Below are positions 44,523 to 54,119 of a stretch of 64,000 nucleotides of DNA, piece by piece (the first letter of the stretch is position 1; each line of letters opens with the position of its first letter). The position numbers and the translations under genes are program-made. The stretch spans positions 96,809-160,808 of the forward strand of contig DAOVXQ010000001.1 in NCBI GenBank assembly GCA_030636025.1, given 5' to 3'. Source of the stretch: an archaeon (GTDB taxonomy: Archaea; Nanobdellota; Nanobdellia; Pacearchaeales; GW2011-AR1). The notes beneath the pieces were generated by a model. It was not told the DNA's origin. It searched no databases and saw only the letters and a program-made list of their open reading frames with translations.

Positions 44523-44843
44523 ATGGTAAAAAAATTAATAATCTCTGTAATGGGGGAGGATATCACTAAAAAACCCGTTTACTGTGGGAATGGAAATTTT
44601 ATTAGATGGAAAAAAAAGGTGGGCAAAAAAATAATATCTGGAAAAAAATATCTGATTCATGAAATTTCAAATGAAGGTCCTTATGGGATGCCTTGGTTTC
44701 AGGTTAGGAGCTTAGTGACAACCCCGGAGGAGTTTAAGGATTATGCTTTAAATGGAGGGTGTAGTGATAAAATCCAAACAATAGGATTTGAATTAAATAA
44801 AAAAACAAAAAAGATTCTTGAAGACATTAGTTTGGGGGCATAA
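44523..44843 (+). CDS. Hypothetical protein
   Basis: 106-aa ORF with no motif recognised. Confidence 0.4.
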   Translation: MVKKLIISVMGEDITKKPVYCGNGNFIRWKKKVGKKIISGKKYLIHEISNEGPYGMPWFQVRSLVTTPEEFKDYALNGGCSDKIQTIGFELNKKTKKILEDISLGA

Positions 44844-44994
44844 TAATTATTTCTAATCTTTTTTTATTCTATAAACAAAACCCCCCTCTAATCAAAACCA
44901 TCAACCAATCAACAGAAACCCCAACACAATCCTTCTAAAATCCACAAACAGAAAATTTTAAATACTATAGCGTCTTATAATTTATTATAATAAA

Positions 44995-45201
44995 ATGCCT
45001 ACAACAATACAAATATCTAATAATGTAAAACAAACTCTCGAGAAAATGAAGATATTCGAAAGAGAAACTTATAATGAGATAATTGAAAATATGATAGAAG
45101 ATAATCTGGAATTAAATGAAAAAACTAAAAGAGAAATAAAAGAGGCAAAAAATCAAAAAACTTTTTCTCATGAAGAAGTTGGAAAAATACTTGGTTTATA
45201 A
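44995..45201 (+). CDS. Putative antitoxin
   Basis: 68-aa ORF whose stop overlaps the start of a RelE/ParE toxin gene (ATAATG). Confidence 0.55.
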   Translation: MPTTIQISNNVKQTLEKMKIFERETYNEIIENMIEDNLELNEKTKREIKEAKNQKTFSHEEVGKILGL

Positions 45202-45446
45202 TGATATTAGAATGGAAAGAGGCAGCAATTAAAGAATTAGCAAAACTTGAAAAAAACATAGCTTCTAGGATTTATAAAAAAATTTCTAATTTAGCTCAAA
45301 ATTTCAATCAGATAAACATTAAAAGATTACAAAATTCAGATTTATTTAGATTAAGGATTGGAGATTTTAGAGTTTTATTTGAGATTAAAAATGATTTAAT
45401 TACTATTTTAAAAATTTCACATAGAAAAAATATTTATAAGAGATAA
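45201..45446 (+). CDS. RelE/ParE-family toxin
   Basis: FRLRIGDFRVLFEIKNDLITILKISHRKNIYK pattern. Confidence 0.75.
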   Translation: MILEWKEAAIKELAKLEKNIASRIYKKISNLAQNFNQINIKRLQNSDLFRLRIGDFRVLFEIKNDLITILKISHRKNIYKR

Positions 45447-45451
45447 CAAAA

Positions 45452-45658
45452 ATGAATTCATACATACAAAACAAACTATACAATTCTCCTCCTGCAGAAT
45501 GGATTAAAGATATGGTTAATTTTCATAATGAAAATATGCATTACAGGGCAGGAGATTTATTAAAGCTCCTCGGAGAACCAACAAGAGGAGTTACTCTCCC
45601 AACAACACCAATAAATAAAGAAAATCTAAAAGATTTCTTACCTACAAACATTTATTAA
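45452..45658 (+). CDS. Hypothetical small protein
   Basis: 68-aa ORF immediately after the toxin gene. Confidence 0.3.
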   Translation: MNSYIQNKLYNSPPAEWIKDMVNFHNENMHYRAGDLLKLLGEPTRGVTLPTTPINKENLKDFLPTNIY

Positions 45659-45679
45659 TATTATTTTTCTAATTCTACT

Positions 45680-47089
45680 ATGAAAAAAACTACATTATTT
45701 ATTTTAATCTTTTTATTAATCCCATTTATCTCAGCAGTAGATATTTCATTGTCAAATCAAAACTACCAGCCACAAGAAACATTGCAGGCAGAAATCACAG
45801 GAAACTTTCCAGAAGGATTAGAACTAGAGAATATTTATTTATACAAACAAGGAACACCAAGGCCAATGCCAGTTATCTACGACCTAAAACAATATCAGGG
45901 GATTTATTATCTTTATATGGTTCTCCCAAATCAGGAAGCAAACTTTTCTGTTCAGATTGAAAACACAAAATATATCGAGGCAGGAGTTTCAAAAACAGAC
46001 ACAATAAGAAAAGAATTTATTGTCCAAAAAACAAACGCGCCTGCAATTTCAATAAACAAGGGATTTGTTTCAGCAACCAAAGATTTTTTTATTAAAATAA
46101 CTGGTTTATATGCTGGGCAAGAAGTCAATGTAGAATTACAGGCATCTGAAGAAAGTTTTGGATTTTTTTTGCCAGATGGCATAGAAGAAGAACTCGAATT
46201 TTCAATCAAAGATTTAGAATCTCAAAAAACTATCCTAAAAATTAATGATTACAATATTCCTATTTTTATAACTCAGATTTTAAATGAAACAGAAGAAGAT
46301 GAAGAAGAAGTAATCGATGAAGATGAAGAGGACGAGCAACAGGAAACAGAAGATGAAGTTGATGAAGAAAAAACAGATGGTGAGGATTTAGGTGTTGAAG
46401 AAACAGGAGAAGAAAAAGAAACAAAATTAGAATTTCAGAGAACAGATATTTCTTTAATTAAATCTTTAACAGCGAGGATAATGGTTGAAGAAGATACTTT
46501 GCTTCAGATAATTTTAAAAAATATCGGAGAAAAAGATGTGGAAGATATTAAAATTTCTGCGGATTTTAAAACTAAAATTGAGCCAAAAAAATTAGATTTA
46601 AAAAAAGGAGAGCAGGTTGTAATTAATATGACTGTTAATCTTGATGAATTTGATGTAGATGCAAAAAACAGAATGTCTGGGAAAATTAAAGCAGAAATTG
46701 AAAATCAGGAATTTGTTTTTCCAATTTTTTTAGAAATAACTTACAATGAATCCGAAGTTGTTTTAACAGGAACAAGCACAACAGATTCCTCACACTGTTC
46801 TGACATTGGCGAAATATGCTCAGAAGACAAAGTCTGCGACGGATACAAAAAGTCAAGTTTAGAAGGTCCTTGCTGTATTGGAAAATGTATAGAAAAAAAG
46901 AAACCTGCCTCAAAATGGATGATTGGACTTTTTATTATCTCAATTATTTTAGTTTTAGTTGCACTTGTTTATTTTAGAATAAAAAGAAAACCAAAAATAA
47001 GTCCAAAACAACTTTTAGAAAAAAAGACAAATCAATTTCGCACAAGAATGAAAGGTGACGAAGTTCGTGGCGGATTAGGTAATGTTTAA
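45680..47089 (+). CDS. Acidic surface protein with a membrane-proximal Cys motif and TM anchor
   Basis: Signal peptide MKKTTLFILIFLLIPFISA. A poly-acidic linker (EEDEEEVIDEDEEDEQQETEDEVDEE). CSDIGEICSEDKVCDG...GPCCIGKC lies before the TM KWMIGLFIISIILVLVALVYF. Confidence 0.55.
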   Translation: MKKTTLFILIFLLIPFISAVDISLSNQNYQPQETLQAEITGNFPEGLELENIYLYKQGTPRPMPVIYDLKQYQGIYYLYMVLPNQEANFSVQIENTKYIEAGVSKTDTIRKEFIVQKTNAPAISINKGFVSATKDFFIKITGLYAGQEVNVELQASEESFGFFLPDGIEEELEFSIKDLESQKTILKINDYNIPIFITQILNETEEDEEEVIDEDEEDEQQETEDEVDEEKTDGEDLGVEETGEEKETKLEFQRTDISLIKSLTARIMVEEDTLLQIILKNIGEKDVEDIKISADFKTKIEPKKLDLKKGEQVVINMTVNLDEFDVDAKNRMSGKIKAEIENQEFVFPIFLEITYNESEVVLTGTSTTDSSHCSDIGEICSEDKVCDGYKKSSLEGPCCIGKCIEKKKPASKWMIGLFIISIILVLVALVYFRIKRKPKISPKQLLEKKTNQFRTRMKGDEVRGGLGNV

Positions 47090-47718
47090 TTTTTTAATAT
47101 ATCTAATAACTCATCTAATCTACTAATTTTATATTTTGCAATTTTATTTAATTCCTCATTTTCAGAATCAAATGCAATTATTGTTCCTAATTCTGCAGAG
47201 GGAATAGCAGTAACAGATTCCCCAACAATATAAGTATCTTCTTTAGATAAATTATTTTTTTCCATAAATTTTTTTATTTTCTCAACCCTATCATATCTAT
47301 CTACTTTTTCTTTTAATTTTCCTGTAGCAATTCTATTTTCAAATTCTAAAATATTCCCGCAAATATCATCTAAATTTAATTCATCCTTTAAAACATTATT
47401 AATATTGATTAATTCACTTGTATAGTTTACAACTAAATATCGTTTTTCTTTAATCTCATTAATTATTTCTTTAGCCCCTGCCTTTAATTTTTCTTTAACT
47501 ATTTTTTTAGATTTTTCATTAATTTCTTGCTCTGAAACTCCTTTATATAATTCTGCAAGATTTTTTAATCCCAATGGTTTTTCTTGTTTAATTTTATCAT
47601 ATTCTTCTTTTTGTTTTAACATTTCTTCTTCTTTTCCTAATTCAATTAAAAGAAGTCTAATTCCTGCTAAATCAGAATTTAATAAAATTCCAGAGCCATT
47701 AAATATAAGTGCTTTCAT
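47086..47718 (-). CDS. HAD-superfamily (SerB-like) protein with degenerate nucleophile motif
   Basis: The layout resembles phosphoserine-phosphatase-like HAD proteins, but motif I reads FNGSG instead of DxDxT. Confidence 0.4.
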   Translation of the reverse strand: MKALIFNGSGILLNSDLAGIRLLLIELGKEEEMLKQKEEYDKIKQEKPLGLKNLAELYKGVSEQEINEKSKKIVKEKLKAGAKEIINEIKEKRYLVVNYTSELININNVLKDELNLDDICGNILEFENRIATGKLKEKVDRYDRVEKIKKFMEKNNLSKEDTYIVGESVTAIPSAELGTIIAFDSENEELNKIAKYKISRLDELLDILKN

Positions 47719-47729
47719 ATAATCCTGAG

Positions 47730-48221
47730 TTAAGTATCTTTTTTAACTTTTTCTGTTTTCTTCCCACCCTTAATCTCACTCTCAAAACCATTAATCTTCT
47801 CTTCAGCTTCTTGCAATTTTTTCATCAAAGTATTTCTTTCTATAACAAGCCCTTTTGCAATCTCATCATATTTATGAAGTTTAACCGTTAGTTCACTAAG
47901 CATAGAACTTATATCAAAATTTTTAAATCTTAATTCACGAGGTTCAAGTATTTCAACATGAGCAGGAAGCATATGAAACACAATCAACAAAAGATTATTT
48001 AATTCATCAGCGTTAACTTCAACTTCTGCAAAACTCGTGAACAAATTTTCAACACCTTCTTTTTCAACTGGCTTAGCATCATGAATAGTTTTGTTATCTA
48101 TGCTAATCCCTGGAATTTTTTCAAGTTTATCAATCAAGTCAGACAAAGTCTCTTTAATATGTTCAGGCGGTCTGCCAAGTATTTCAAAAACAAACAACGC
48201 CTTAATTTTATTTTCTGTCAT
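47730..48221 (-). CDS. Hypothetical protein with C-terminal coiled coil
   Basis: 163-aa ORF with a 1-nt overlap with the upstream gene. Confidence 0.45.
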   Translation of the reverse strand: MTENKIKALFVFEILGRPPEHIKETLSDLIDKLEKIPGISIDNKTIHDAKPVEKEGVENLFTSFAEVEVNADELNNLLLIVFHMLPAHVEILEPRELRFKNFDISSMLSELTVKLHKYDEIAKGLVIERNTLMKKLQEAEEKINGFESEIKGGKKTEKVKKDT

Positions 48222-49216
48222 TATAATTTCTCCCTTATCAACAGCACACTAAGCAAAACACATAGTAATGCAAAACCAAACATAGAATATTTTTTAATTT
48301 TCTCTACATCAGATTCATAAATAACTGGATTTTTCCTTTTTATATCTTCTGTTTTTGCAGATGCACCAAGCTTAATCACATTCCCTGTTATCGAAGGTTT
48401 AGTTTCAATAAACTCCCCCTCATTAGTTATTTCAGGTTCTATTTCTTCATCTATCTCCCCCTCTAAAATTTCCATCCCCTTCTCAATTTCAAATCCGTTT
48501 CTTAATTTAAAAAATATTTTAACATCTCCATAAAAATCTTTATAATCCTCTCTAATTCTCAATTTAATTTCCTCAGTTTTATTTCCTGCACCAGAAAAAA
48601 ATTCATTAACATAATATCTGCCTGATTTCCATTCCTCATTTTCCTCATCATATCTGTCAGAAATAACACTATCATTTTCATCAAACTCAATCCAAATTTT
48701 AACATCATGCTTCTCATCCTCAAGATTAAATCCCAGAACATTAATCTCAAATTCTTTTCCATTTACAATATCCTCTTCATCCCAATTCATTTCAAGATAA
48801 ACTCCAACATCCGCAGGCTCGGTTTCATTATTTTCAGTTTCAAGAATACTAATATTTATTTGATATTCCTTAAATATCCAATTCTCTGTATCATTTTTTA
48901 TCTCAACAATAATCTCATCAACACCAACATAATCTCCAATTAAATTAAACTTAAAACTCTGATTATTTGTTTCAGAAACATTCACTGAATTTTCAATCCA
49001 ATCTGCAACAATCCATTCTCCACCCCAATACATTTCAACCTTGCCATTATTAAAATTAATTTTAAAATCATAAATTTCTTCAGAAAAATTATTCAAAACA
49101 AGGGTGATATTAAATTCCTCCCCAATATTAACTTCCTCGGGATAAATTAAATCAATTGTTTCAGCACCAACAACACTAATCATTAAAATAAATAAAATTA
49201 TCAAGCTCTTTTTCAT
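48221..49216 (-). CDS. Acidic surface protein with signal peptide and C-terminal TM
   Basis: MKKSLIILFILMISVVGA signal, Glu/Asp/Asn-rich beta-type repeats, and C-terminus YSMFGFALLCVLLSVLLIREKL. Confidence 0.5.
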   Translation of the reverse strand: MKKSLIILFILMISVVGAETIDLIYPEEVNIGEEFNITLVLNNFSEEIYDFKINFNNGKVEMYWGGEWIVADWIENSVNVSETNNQSFKFNLIGDYVGVDEIIVEIKNDTENWIFKEYQINISILETENNETEPADVGVYLEMNWDEEDIVNGKEFEINVLGFNLEDEKHDVKIWIEFDENDSVISDRYDEENEEWKSGRYYVNEFFSGAGNKTEEIKLRIREDYKDFYGDVKIFFKLRNGFEIEKGMEILEGEIDEEIEPEITNEGEFIETKPSITGNVIKLGASAKTEDIKRKNPVIYESDVEKIKKYSMFGFALLCVLLSVLLIREKL

Positions 49217-49229
49217 TCAAATCAAAATC

Positions 49230-49799
49230 CTAAAGAGTTTTTAAAGATTTATTCTCGCTAACATATTTAATCTTTTTCCCATACTTTTCTGAGAAGTCAT
49301 CGTATCCAATTTCAATTCTCCTGCCTTTTTTTATTGCCTTTGCAATCCAAATTTCTGAGAAGATTTTATTTTTCAAGTACCAGGCACATTTTTCTTTTTC
49401 TATTTTAGAGAGAATACCATTAATTTTCACTTCAACCCCTATAACACTATATGCTCCTTCATAGATGTGTTTAATTGAAACAAAATCTGGGAAACCAGTG
49501 CCTATAACCATGGCTTTTCGAAAAGGATTGTATTTTCTTTTGGCAGAAACTATTTCCCCCTTTTCTAAGTCTATATTATTAGACCATTTATCAACGACTC
49601 TTCCCTTATCTTCCAAATCTTTTCGAACTTTTAATTCAAATCTGCTTCCTGCAGCCCGAGATTTTTTGCCTTTTTGAATATTTAATTTCTTCTTAGATTT
49701 TCCAATCCCGTTTTCCCAAGAAGTTTCATATTTTTCACTTCCTGCTTTTTCAATTAAATCCATAATTTTTCTCTCATTCTCTTTCTTTATTCTTTTCAT
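49230..49799 (-). CDS. Hjc-like PD-(D/E)xK nuclease (Holliday junction resolvase-like)
   Basis: GSRFELKVRKDLEDKG ... GFPDFVSIK ... VIGVEVKINGILSKIEKEK matches the E...PD...ExK arrangement of archaeal Hjc. Confidence 0.5.
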   Translation of the reverse strand: MKRIKKENERKIMDLIEKAGSEKYETSWENGIGKSKKKLNIQKGKKSRAAGSRFELKVRKDLEDKGRVVDKWSNNIDLEKGEIVSAKRKYNPFRKAMVIGTGFPDFVSIKHIYEGAYSVIGVEVKINGILSKIEKEKCAWYLKNKIFSEIWIAKAIKKGRRIEIGYDDFSEKYGKKIKYVSENKSLKTL

Positions 49800-49854
49800 A
49801 GAAATATAAAATCAAATAACTATTTAAAATTATTTACAATAATTTCTTAAATTC

Positions 49855-50550
49855 TTATGTTGATTCTATCACAGGAATTTTCTTCATCTTTTCAGGATAT
49901 TTATCTTCAAATTTTCCCCTTAGAGCATGATGCCTATGATCTGCATACATTTCATCCTCTCCACCATACTTTCCATCAAATTCATCATATTGATCTTGGT
50001 ATATTGCTCCTCCAATAAATAATCCAATTGGTGCTCCAATCATTGCTGTTAATGGAATTACATCTGGATTGATTTTATATCCTAAAAAACCGCCCAAAAA
50101 AACTCCCGCACATAAACCAATGCCCATATGTAAACCTAAATTTAAAAACCCCCTATTTTCTACTTTATTCTTTGTTCTAACATTTTCTTTATAAATTTCT
50201 TCTTTAGAAAATCCATTAGTTTCAAGTATTTGACATAAAAACTCTAATTTTTTTTTCATAGAATTTATACCTTTCCCTCTTAACCAAATTTTTTTTAGTT
50301 TACCTAGGCTTTCTGCAGTTTTTTTAGCTTCATCATATAATTTATTAGGAACTTCTGATTCGTTCCTTGTAGTTCCAAAAACTTCACTAAAAGAGTTTTC
50401 TGCATTTTTTCTAATAAGAGAATAACCATCCTTTTCTCTTTTTGCTTTAAGAGTATAATGTTCTTGCCCAAAAATTCCACTTCCAACAATTCTATAATGT
50501 GCCAAATTTCCTTGTGAACCTTCTATTAATTCAAGGTTAATCTTTTTCAT
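49855..50550 (-). CDS. Hypothetical protein with glycine-zipper TM hairpin
   Basis: GLHMGIGLCAGVFLGGFLGY ... AMIGAPIGLFIGGAIY. Confidence 0.45.
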   Translation of the reverse strand: MKKINLELIEGSQGNLAHYRIVGSGIFGQEHYTLKAKREKDGYSLIRKNAENSFSEVFGTTRNESEVPNKLYDEAKKTAESLGKLKKIWLRGKGINSMKKKLEFLCQILETNGFSKEEIYKENVRTKNKVENRGFLNLGLHMGIGLCAGVFLGGFLGYKINPDVIPLTAMIGAPIGLFIGGAIYQDQYDEFDGKYGGEDEMYADHRHHALRGKFEDKYPEKMKKIPVIEST

Positions 50551-50601
50551 AATATTTGCATAGTTTCTTTCTTTTTAAATATTGGGTGACTATAAAATAT
50601 A

Positions 50602-50641
50602 TTACAAATCCCTCGCCAGCAAAGTCTTTGTTTTATTTGCC
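50602..50641 (-). pseudogene. Relic copy of the 3' end of histone-fold gene 51505-51693
   Basis: 'ttacaaatccctcgccagcaaagtc' matches 51505-51530 at 25/26 positions. It translates to ...ANKTKTLLARDL*, versus ...ANQRRTLLARDL* in the intact gene. Confidence 0.6.
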
Positions 50642-50715
50642 ACACTATATATTACAAAAAAGGGTTTTTATATTTTTATGGATAAATTTATAAGATTTAT
50701 AAAATTAAATTATTT

Positions 50716-51501
50716 ATGGAGGAAATTCATTATTTATTGGGGAATTCATGCAATCTTAATTGCGACTTTTGTTTTTGGGATATTAAAATGCCTGATGTTT
50801 CATTAGATTTTAAAAAGAAAATTATTAATGAAATCGTAAACTCAGGGATTAAAAAAGTCACAATTAGCGGGGGCGAACCCCTTTGCACAAACAACTTTTT
50901 AGAGATATTAGAATATATACATAAACAAAAATTAGAAATTATTCTTCATACAAATGGGATAAAAATTGACAAAACTTTGGCGCAAAAAATTGCCCCACTT
51001 ATTTCGAGAATTAGTCTAACTATGGATGCAATTGAGGGTAACACTCAATTTAAAATGAGAAAAAATAATAAAATCACCAACCATACAATAAATTTAATCA
51101 AAATTTTCCATAATTTGAATGTTTTAATTAATGTAAAAACACTTATTACAAAAATTAACAAGAATGAAATTATTAGAATTGGAAAAATTTTAGATGACCT
51201 ACCAATAGCATATTGGTCTCTCTTAGAATTTATCCCCCTGAACAAAGGGAAAATCAACCAAAATAATTTCTTAATTGAACAAAATGAATTCGATGAAATT
51301 TGTTCCAACATTAAAAACAAATTTCCTTTAATCAAAATACAAATAAGAAAATTTACAGACACTAAAAATAAATATTGTTTTATTGCTCCAAATGGAGATG
51401 TTTATACTTATGTTAAGAATAAGGGAGATATTCTAATAAATAATATTAATACAAAAAAACTTGATTTGATTATGTCTGAAATTGAAAATAAGAATCAATA
51501 A
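50716..51501 (+). CDS. Radical SAM enzyme, small (261 aa), subfamily unassigned
   Basis: CNLNCDFCFW (CxxxCxxC) and ISGGEPL motifs. There are no SPASM cysteines. The C-terminus is FIAPNGDVYTY. Confidence 0.75.
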   Translation: MEEIHYLLGNSCNLNCDFCFWDIKMPDVSLDFKKKIINEIVNSGIKKVTISGGEPLCTNNFLEILEYIHKQKLEIILHTNGIKIDKTLAQKIAPLISRISLTMDAIEGNTQFKMRKNNKITNHTINLIKIFHNLNVLINVKTLITKINKNEIIRIGKILDDLPIAYWSLLEFIPLNKGKINQNNFLIEQNEFDEICSNIKNKFPLIKIQIRKFTDTKNKYCFIAPNGDVYTYVKNKGDILINNINTKKLDLIMSEIENKNQ

Positions 51502-51504
51502 CTC

Positions 51505-51693
51505 TTACAAATCCCTCGCCAACAAAGTCCGCCTCTGATTTGCTTTTGCCCTTTTAACACCATCCCCGATAATCTCCTCAACCTTAAACTCTAAAGCTTC
51601 TTCAACTTCTTCAGCAACATTATTAATAATTCCATCACTGTCTAATTTTTTAACTATCTCTCTTATTTTAGATTTAATTATTATGCCTGCCAT
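51505..51693 (-). CDS. Single histone-fold protein (DUF1931-like)
   Basis: MAGIIIKSKIREIVKKL...VAEEVEEALEFKVEEIIGDGVKRAKANQRRTLLARDL. It overlaps the lysS 3' end by about 20 nt. Confidence 0.5.
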   Translation of the reverse strand: MAGIIIKSKIREIVKKLDSDGIINNVAEEVEEALEFKVEEIIGDGVKRAKANQRRTLLARDL

Positions 51694-53173
51694 CTTTTTT
51701 TTTCTCAACCTCTTCTAGCCTAACCAACGGAAACATAACACACTCTCTAATTGGTTTACCCATTAAATAGGAAAATAATCTTTCAGAAAAACCAAACCCG
51801 CACGTCGGAGGCATGCCCTGTTTCAATGCTTCAACAAATCCTTTATCATGTTCCTGTGCATCTGCATCTCCCTTTTCTTTTAACTTTGACTGCTCAATAA
51901 ATCTTTGTTCTTGGTCAAGAGGGTCATTTAATTCACTATAACCATTTCCTAATTCAGTCCCCCCGATAATCACCTGAAACTGCTCAACCTTTTTCAAATC
52001 CTTTTTATTTCTTTTTGCCAATGGAGAAATTTCAACCGGCTGATTAATCAAAAATCCCGGCCCAGTTATTTTCCTCCGGCAATATTTCCACAAACTATCA
52101 ATCAACTTCCATTTATCCACTCCATCATATTTAACTTTCAAAGAATCAAGCTTCTTTTTTATTGCTTTCACATCTGCAGAATAAATATCCACATTAGTAT
52201 ATTTCTTAATTGTTTTTTCATAATCATATTTGCCCCATTTCTTCCCAAAATCAACATTATAACCATGTATTTTAAATTTTAATGTCCCAAAAACTTTTTC
52301 CGCAATTTTTTTATACATCTCTTCAACAAGTTTCATCCCGTCGTTATAATCTGCATAAGCCCAATAAAATTCCATCTGAGTGTAATCCTGCAAATGCTCC
52401 ATATCTATTCCTTCATTTCTAAACTGCCGTCCAATTTCAAAAGTTTTTTCATACCCTGCAATCATTAATTTTTTCTGCCATAATTCTCCCATTGAAATCC
52501 TCAAAAAAACATCAATATCTAAGGCATTATGATGTGTTGCAAAAGGTGTTGCAGATGCCCCGCCAGCAGAAGTTTCCAAAATCGGAGTTTCCACCTCTAA
52601 AAATTCATTATCTAATAAAAATTCTCTCACAACATTCCAAAACTTCGCTTTTTTCAAAAAAATTTCCCTAACCTCTGGATTAATCAAAATATCCAAATAT
52701 CTTTTTCTATATCTCTCTTCTTCATCTTTTAACCCATGATATTTTTCAGGCAATGGCAATAATGATTTAGATAAAATTTCTAAATTTTTAACTAAAACAG
52801 AAACCTCCCCTGTTCTTGTTTTCATAACAATTCCTTTAGCACCAACAAAATCTCCAGAATCAATATATTTTTTGAATAATTCGAAATCTTTTTTTTCAGT
52901 TTCATCTTTTTGCAAAATTATCTGAATTTTGCCCTGCCCATCTTGAACTGTAGCGAAAATTAATTTTCCAATATCTCTTTTAGTAATTAATCTCCCAGCA
53001 ACACTAACTTTTGTTTTATTCCTTTCATTGCTTTTCAATTTAGAAAATTTTCCCTTAATTTCTGCGGAAAAATTTTCCCTATCAAACTTTGAAGGATAAG
53101 GATTAATCCCTTTTTCTCTAAGTTCTTCAAGTTTCCTCTTTCTCTCACCAACAATCTGTTCTTCTCTTCCCAT
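51674..53173 (-). CDS. lysS: Lysyl-tRNA synthetase, class II
   Basis: OB-fold N-domain plus class II core (FEIGRQFRNEGIDMEHLQDYTQMEFYWAYADY, and GGTELGNGYSELNDP). Confidence 0.9.
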   Translation of the reverse strand: MGREEQIVGERKRKLEELREKGINPYPSKFDRENFSAEIKGKFSKLKSNERNKTKVSVAGRLITKRDIGKLIFATVQDGQGKIQIILQKDETEKKDFELFKKYIDSGDFVGAKGIVMKTRTGEVSVLVKNLEILSKSLLPLPEKYHGLKDEEERYRKRYLDILINPEVREIFLKKAKFWNVVREFLLDNEFLEVETPILETSAGGASATPFATHHNALDIDVFLRISMGELWQKKLMIAGYEKTFEIGRQFRNEGIDMEHLQDYTQMEFYWAYADYNDGMKLVEEMYKKIAEKVFGTLKFKIHGYNVDFGKKWGKYDYEKTIKKYTNVDIYSADVKAIKKKLDSLKVKYDGVDKWKLIDSLWKYCRRKITGPGFLINQPVEISPLAKRNKKDLKKVEQFQVIIGGTELGNGYSELNDPLDQEQRFIEQSKLKEKGDADAQEHDKGFVEALKQGMPPTCGFGFSERLFSYLMGKPIRECVMFPLVRLEEVEKKKDGRHNN

Positions 53174-53374
53174 ATTATATTAGTTTTGGTCAAGCTTTTG
53201 TTAAAAACTTATTTTTTTGACTGAACTTTTTTTAAAAAAGTTCTTTTTTACGTCAACGCTTTTGTCTCAAAAGGGTTGTTTTGTTCCTCTCTTTCCATAA
53301 ATTATTTAAACGAAATTAGTTTATATATCTTTTCGAACATTAAAGTTTATAAATCTGTGATTATTATTAAAAAA

Positions 53375-53788
53375 ATGACGAATGATATATTTGAACAAAT
53401 GGAAATGATAATGGCTTCGCATAGTTTAGATATTTCTATGGACTATTTAAATAGAACTTTAAAAGAAAAAGGTTCAAGAGATAAAAGGGAAAGAGCAATG
53501 AAGATAAATAATTTAACTATGTTAGTTAGTAGATTTGTGCGAGAAAATTGTGCGTCTGTTACTGAAGTAAAAAAATTACTCCCTTTACTTAAAAGAGCTT
53601 ACAAGGTAGTTGAATTAATAAATCTCCCTGCTAAAAACTTTCTAGGAGATTACCCTGTAACCCTTCAAGAAAATATTCAGTACAGAATAGATAATCTTGA
53701 AGACTATCTAAGCGGACTGCCACAAAGGTTAGATCCTAGAATGGCTGAGATGATGGCTAAGAATGCCCCGAAAATTTGGCACCAATAA
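53375..53788 (+). CDS. Hypothetical protein
   Basis: I chose the internal ATG with 'tttataaat' about 25 nt upstream. 137 aa. Confidence 0.4.
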   Translation: MTNDIFEQMEMIMASHSLDISMDYLNRTLKEKGSRDKRERAMKINNLTMLVSRFVRENCASVTEVKKLLPLLKRAYKVVELINLPAKNFLGDYPVTLQENIQYRIDNLEDYLSGLPQRLDPRMAEMMAKNAPKIWHQ

Positions 53789-53816
53789 AACTTTAAAAAT
53801 ACTTCTTAATGGGAGA

Positions 53817-54089
53817 TTACCCTCTCAATATTTTGAAACCATCAAATCCCTGATGTTTAATTTCTTCAACTTCAACTTCCTTAATTTCTGAATGTGCAGG
53901 CCCTTGTTTGCAAACGTCTATCATTTCATTAGTATTTTCATCTTTGCCCTCGATAACAACTTCAACATTTCCATTTTCTAAATTTCTCACAAAACCCCTC
54001 AAGCCAAGCCCCTCTGCCTTTTCCTGAATAAATTTTCTAAAAAATACTCCTTGCACAGTTCCATTAATATTTATTTTAAGTGTTTTCAT
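53817..54089 (-). CDS. acyP: Acylphosphatase
   Basis: INGTVQGVFFRKF and GLRGFVRNLENGNVEVVIEG signatures. Confidence 0.85.
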   Translation of the reverse strand: MKTLKININGTVQGVFFRKFIQEKAEGLGLRGFVRNLENGNVEVVIEGKDENTNEMIDVCKQGPAHSEIKEVEVEEIKHQGFDGFKILRG

Positions 54090-54119
54090 AATTATAATAA
54101 AATCTTTGAATATTTAAAT

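Noticed and set aside
50582-50806. 74-aa ORF upstream of and overlapping the radical SAM gene
   Set aside because: It covers the relic repeat and the promoter, is out of frame with the radical-SAM start, and has no coding signal.
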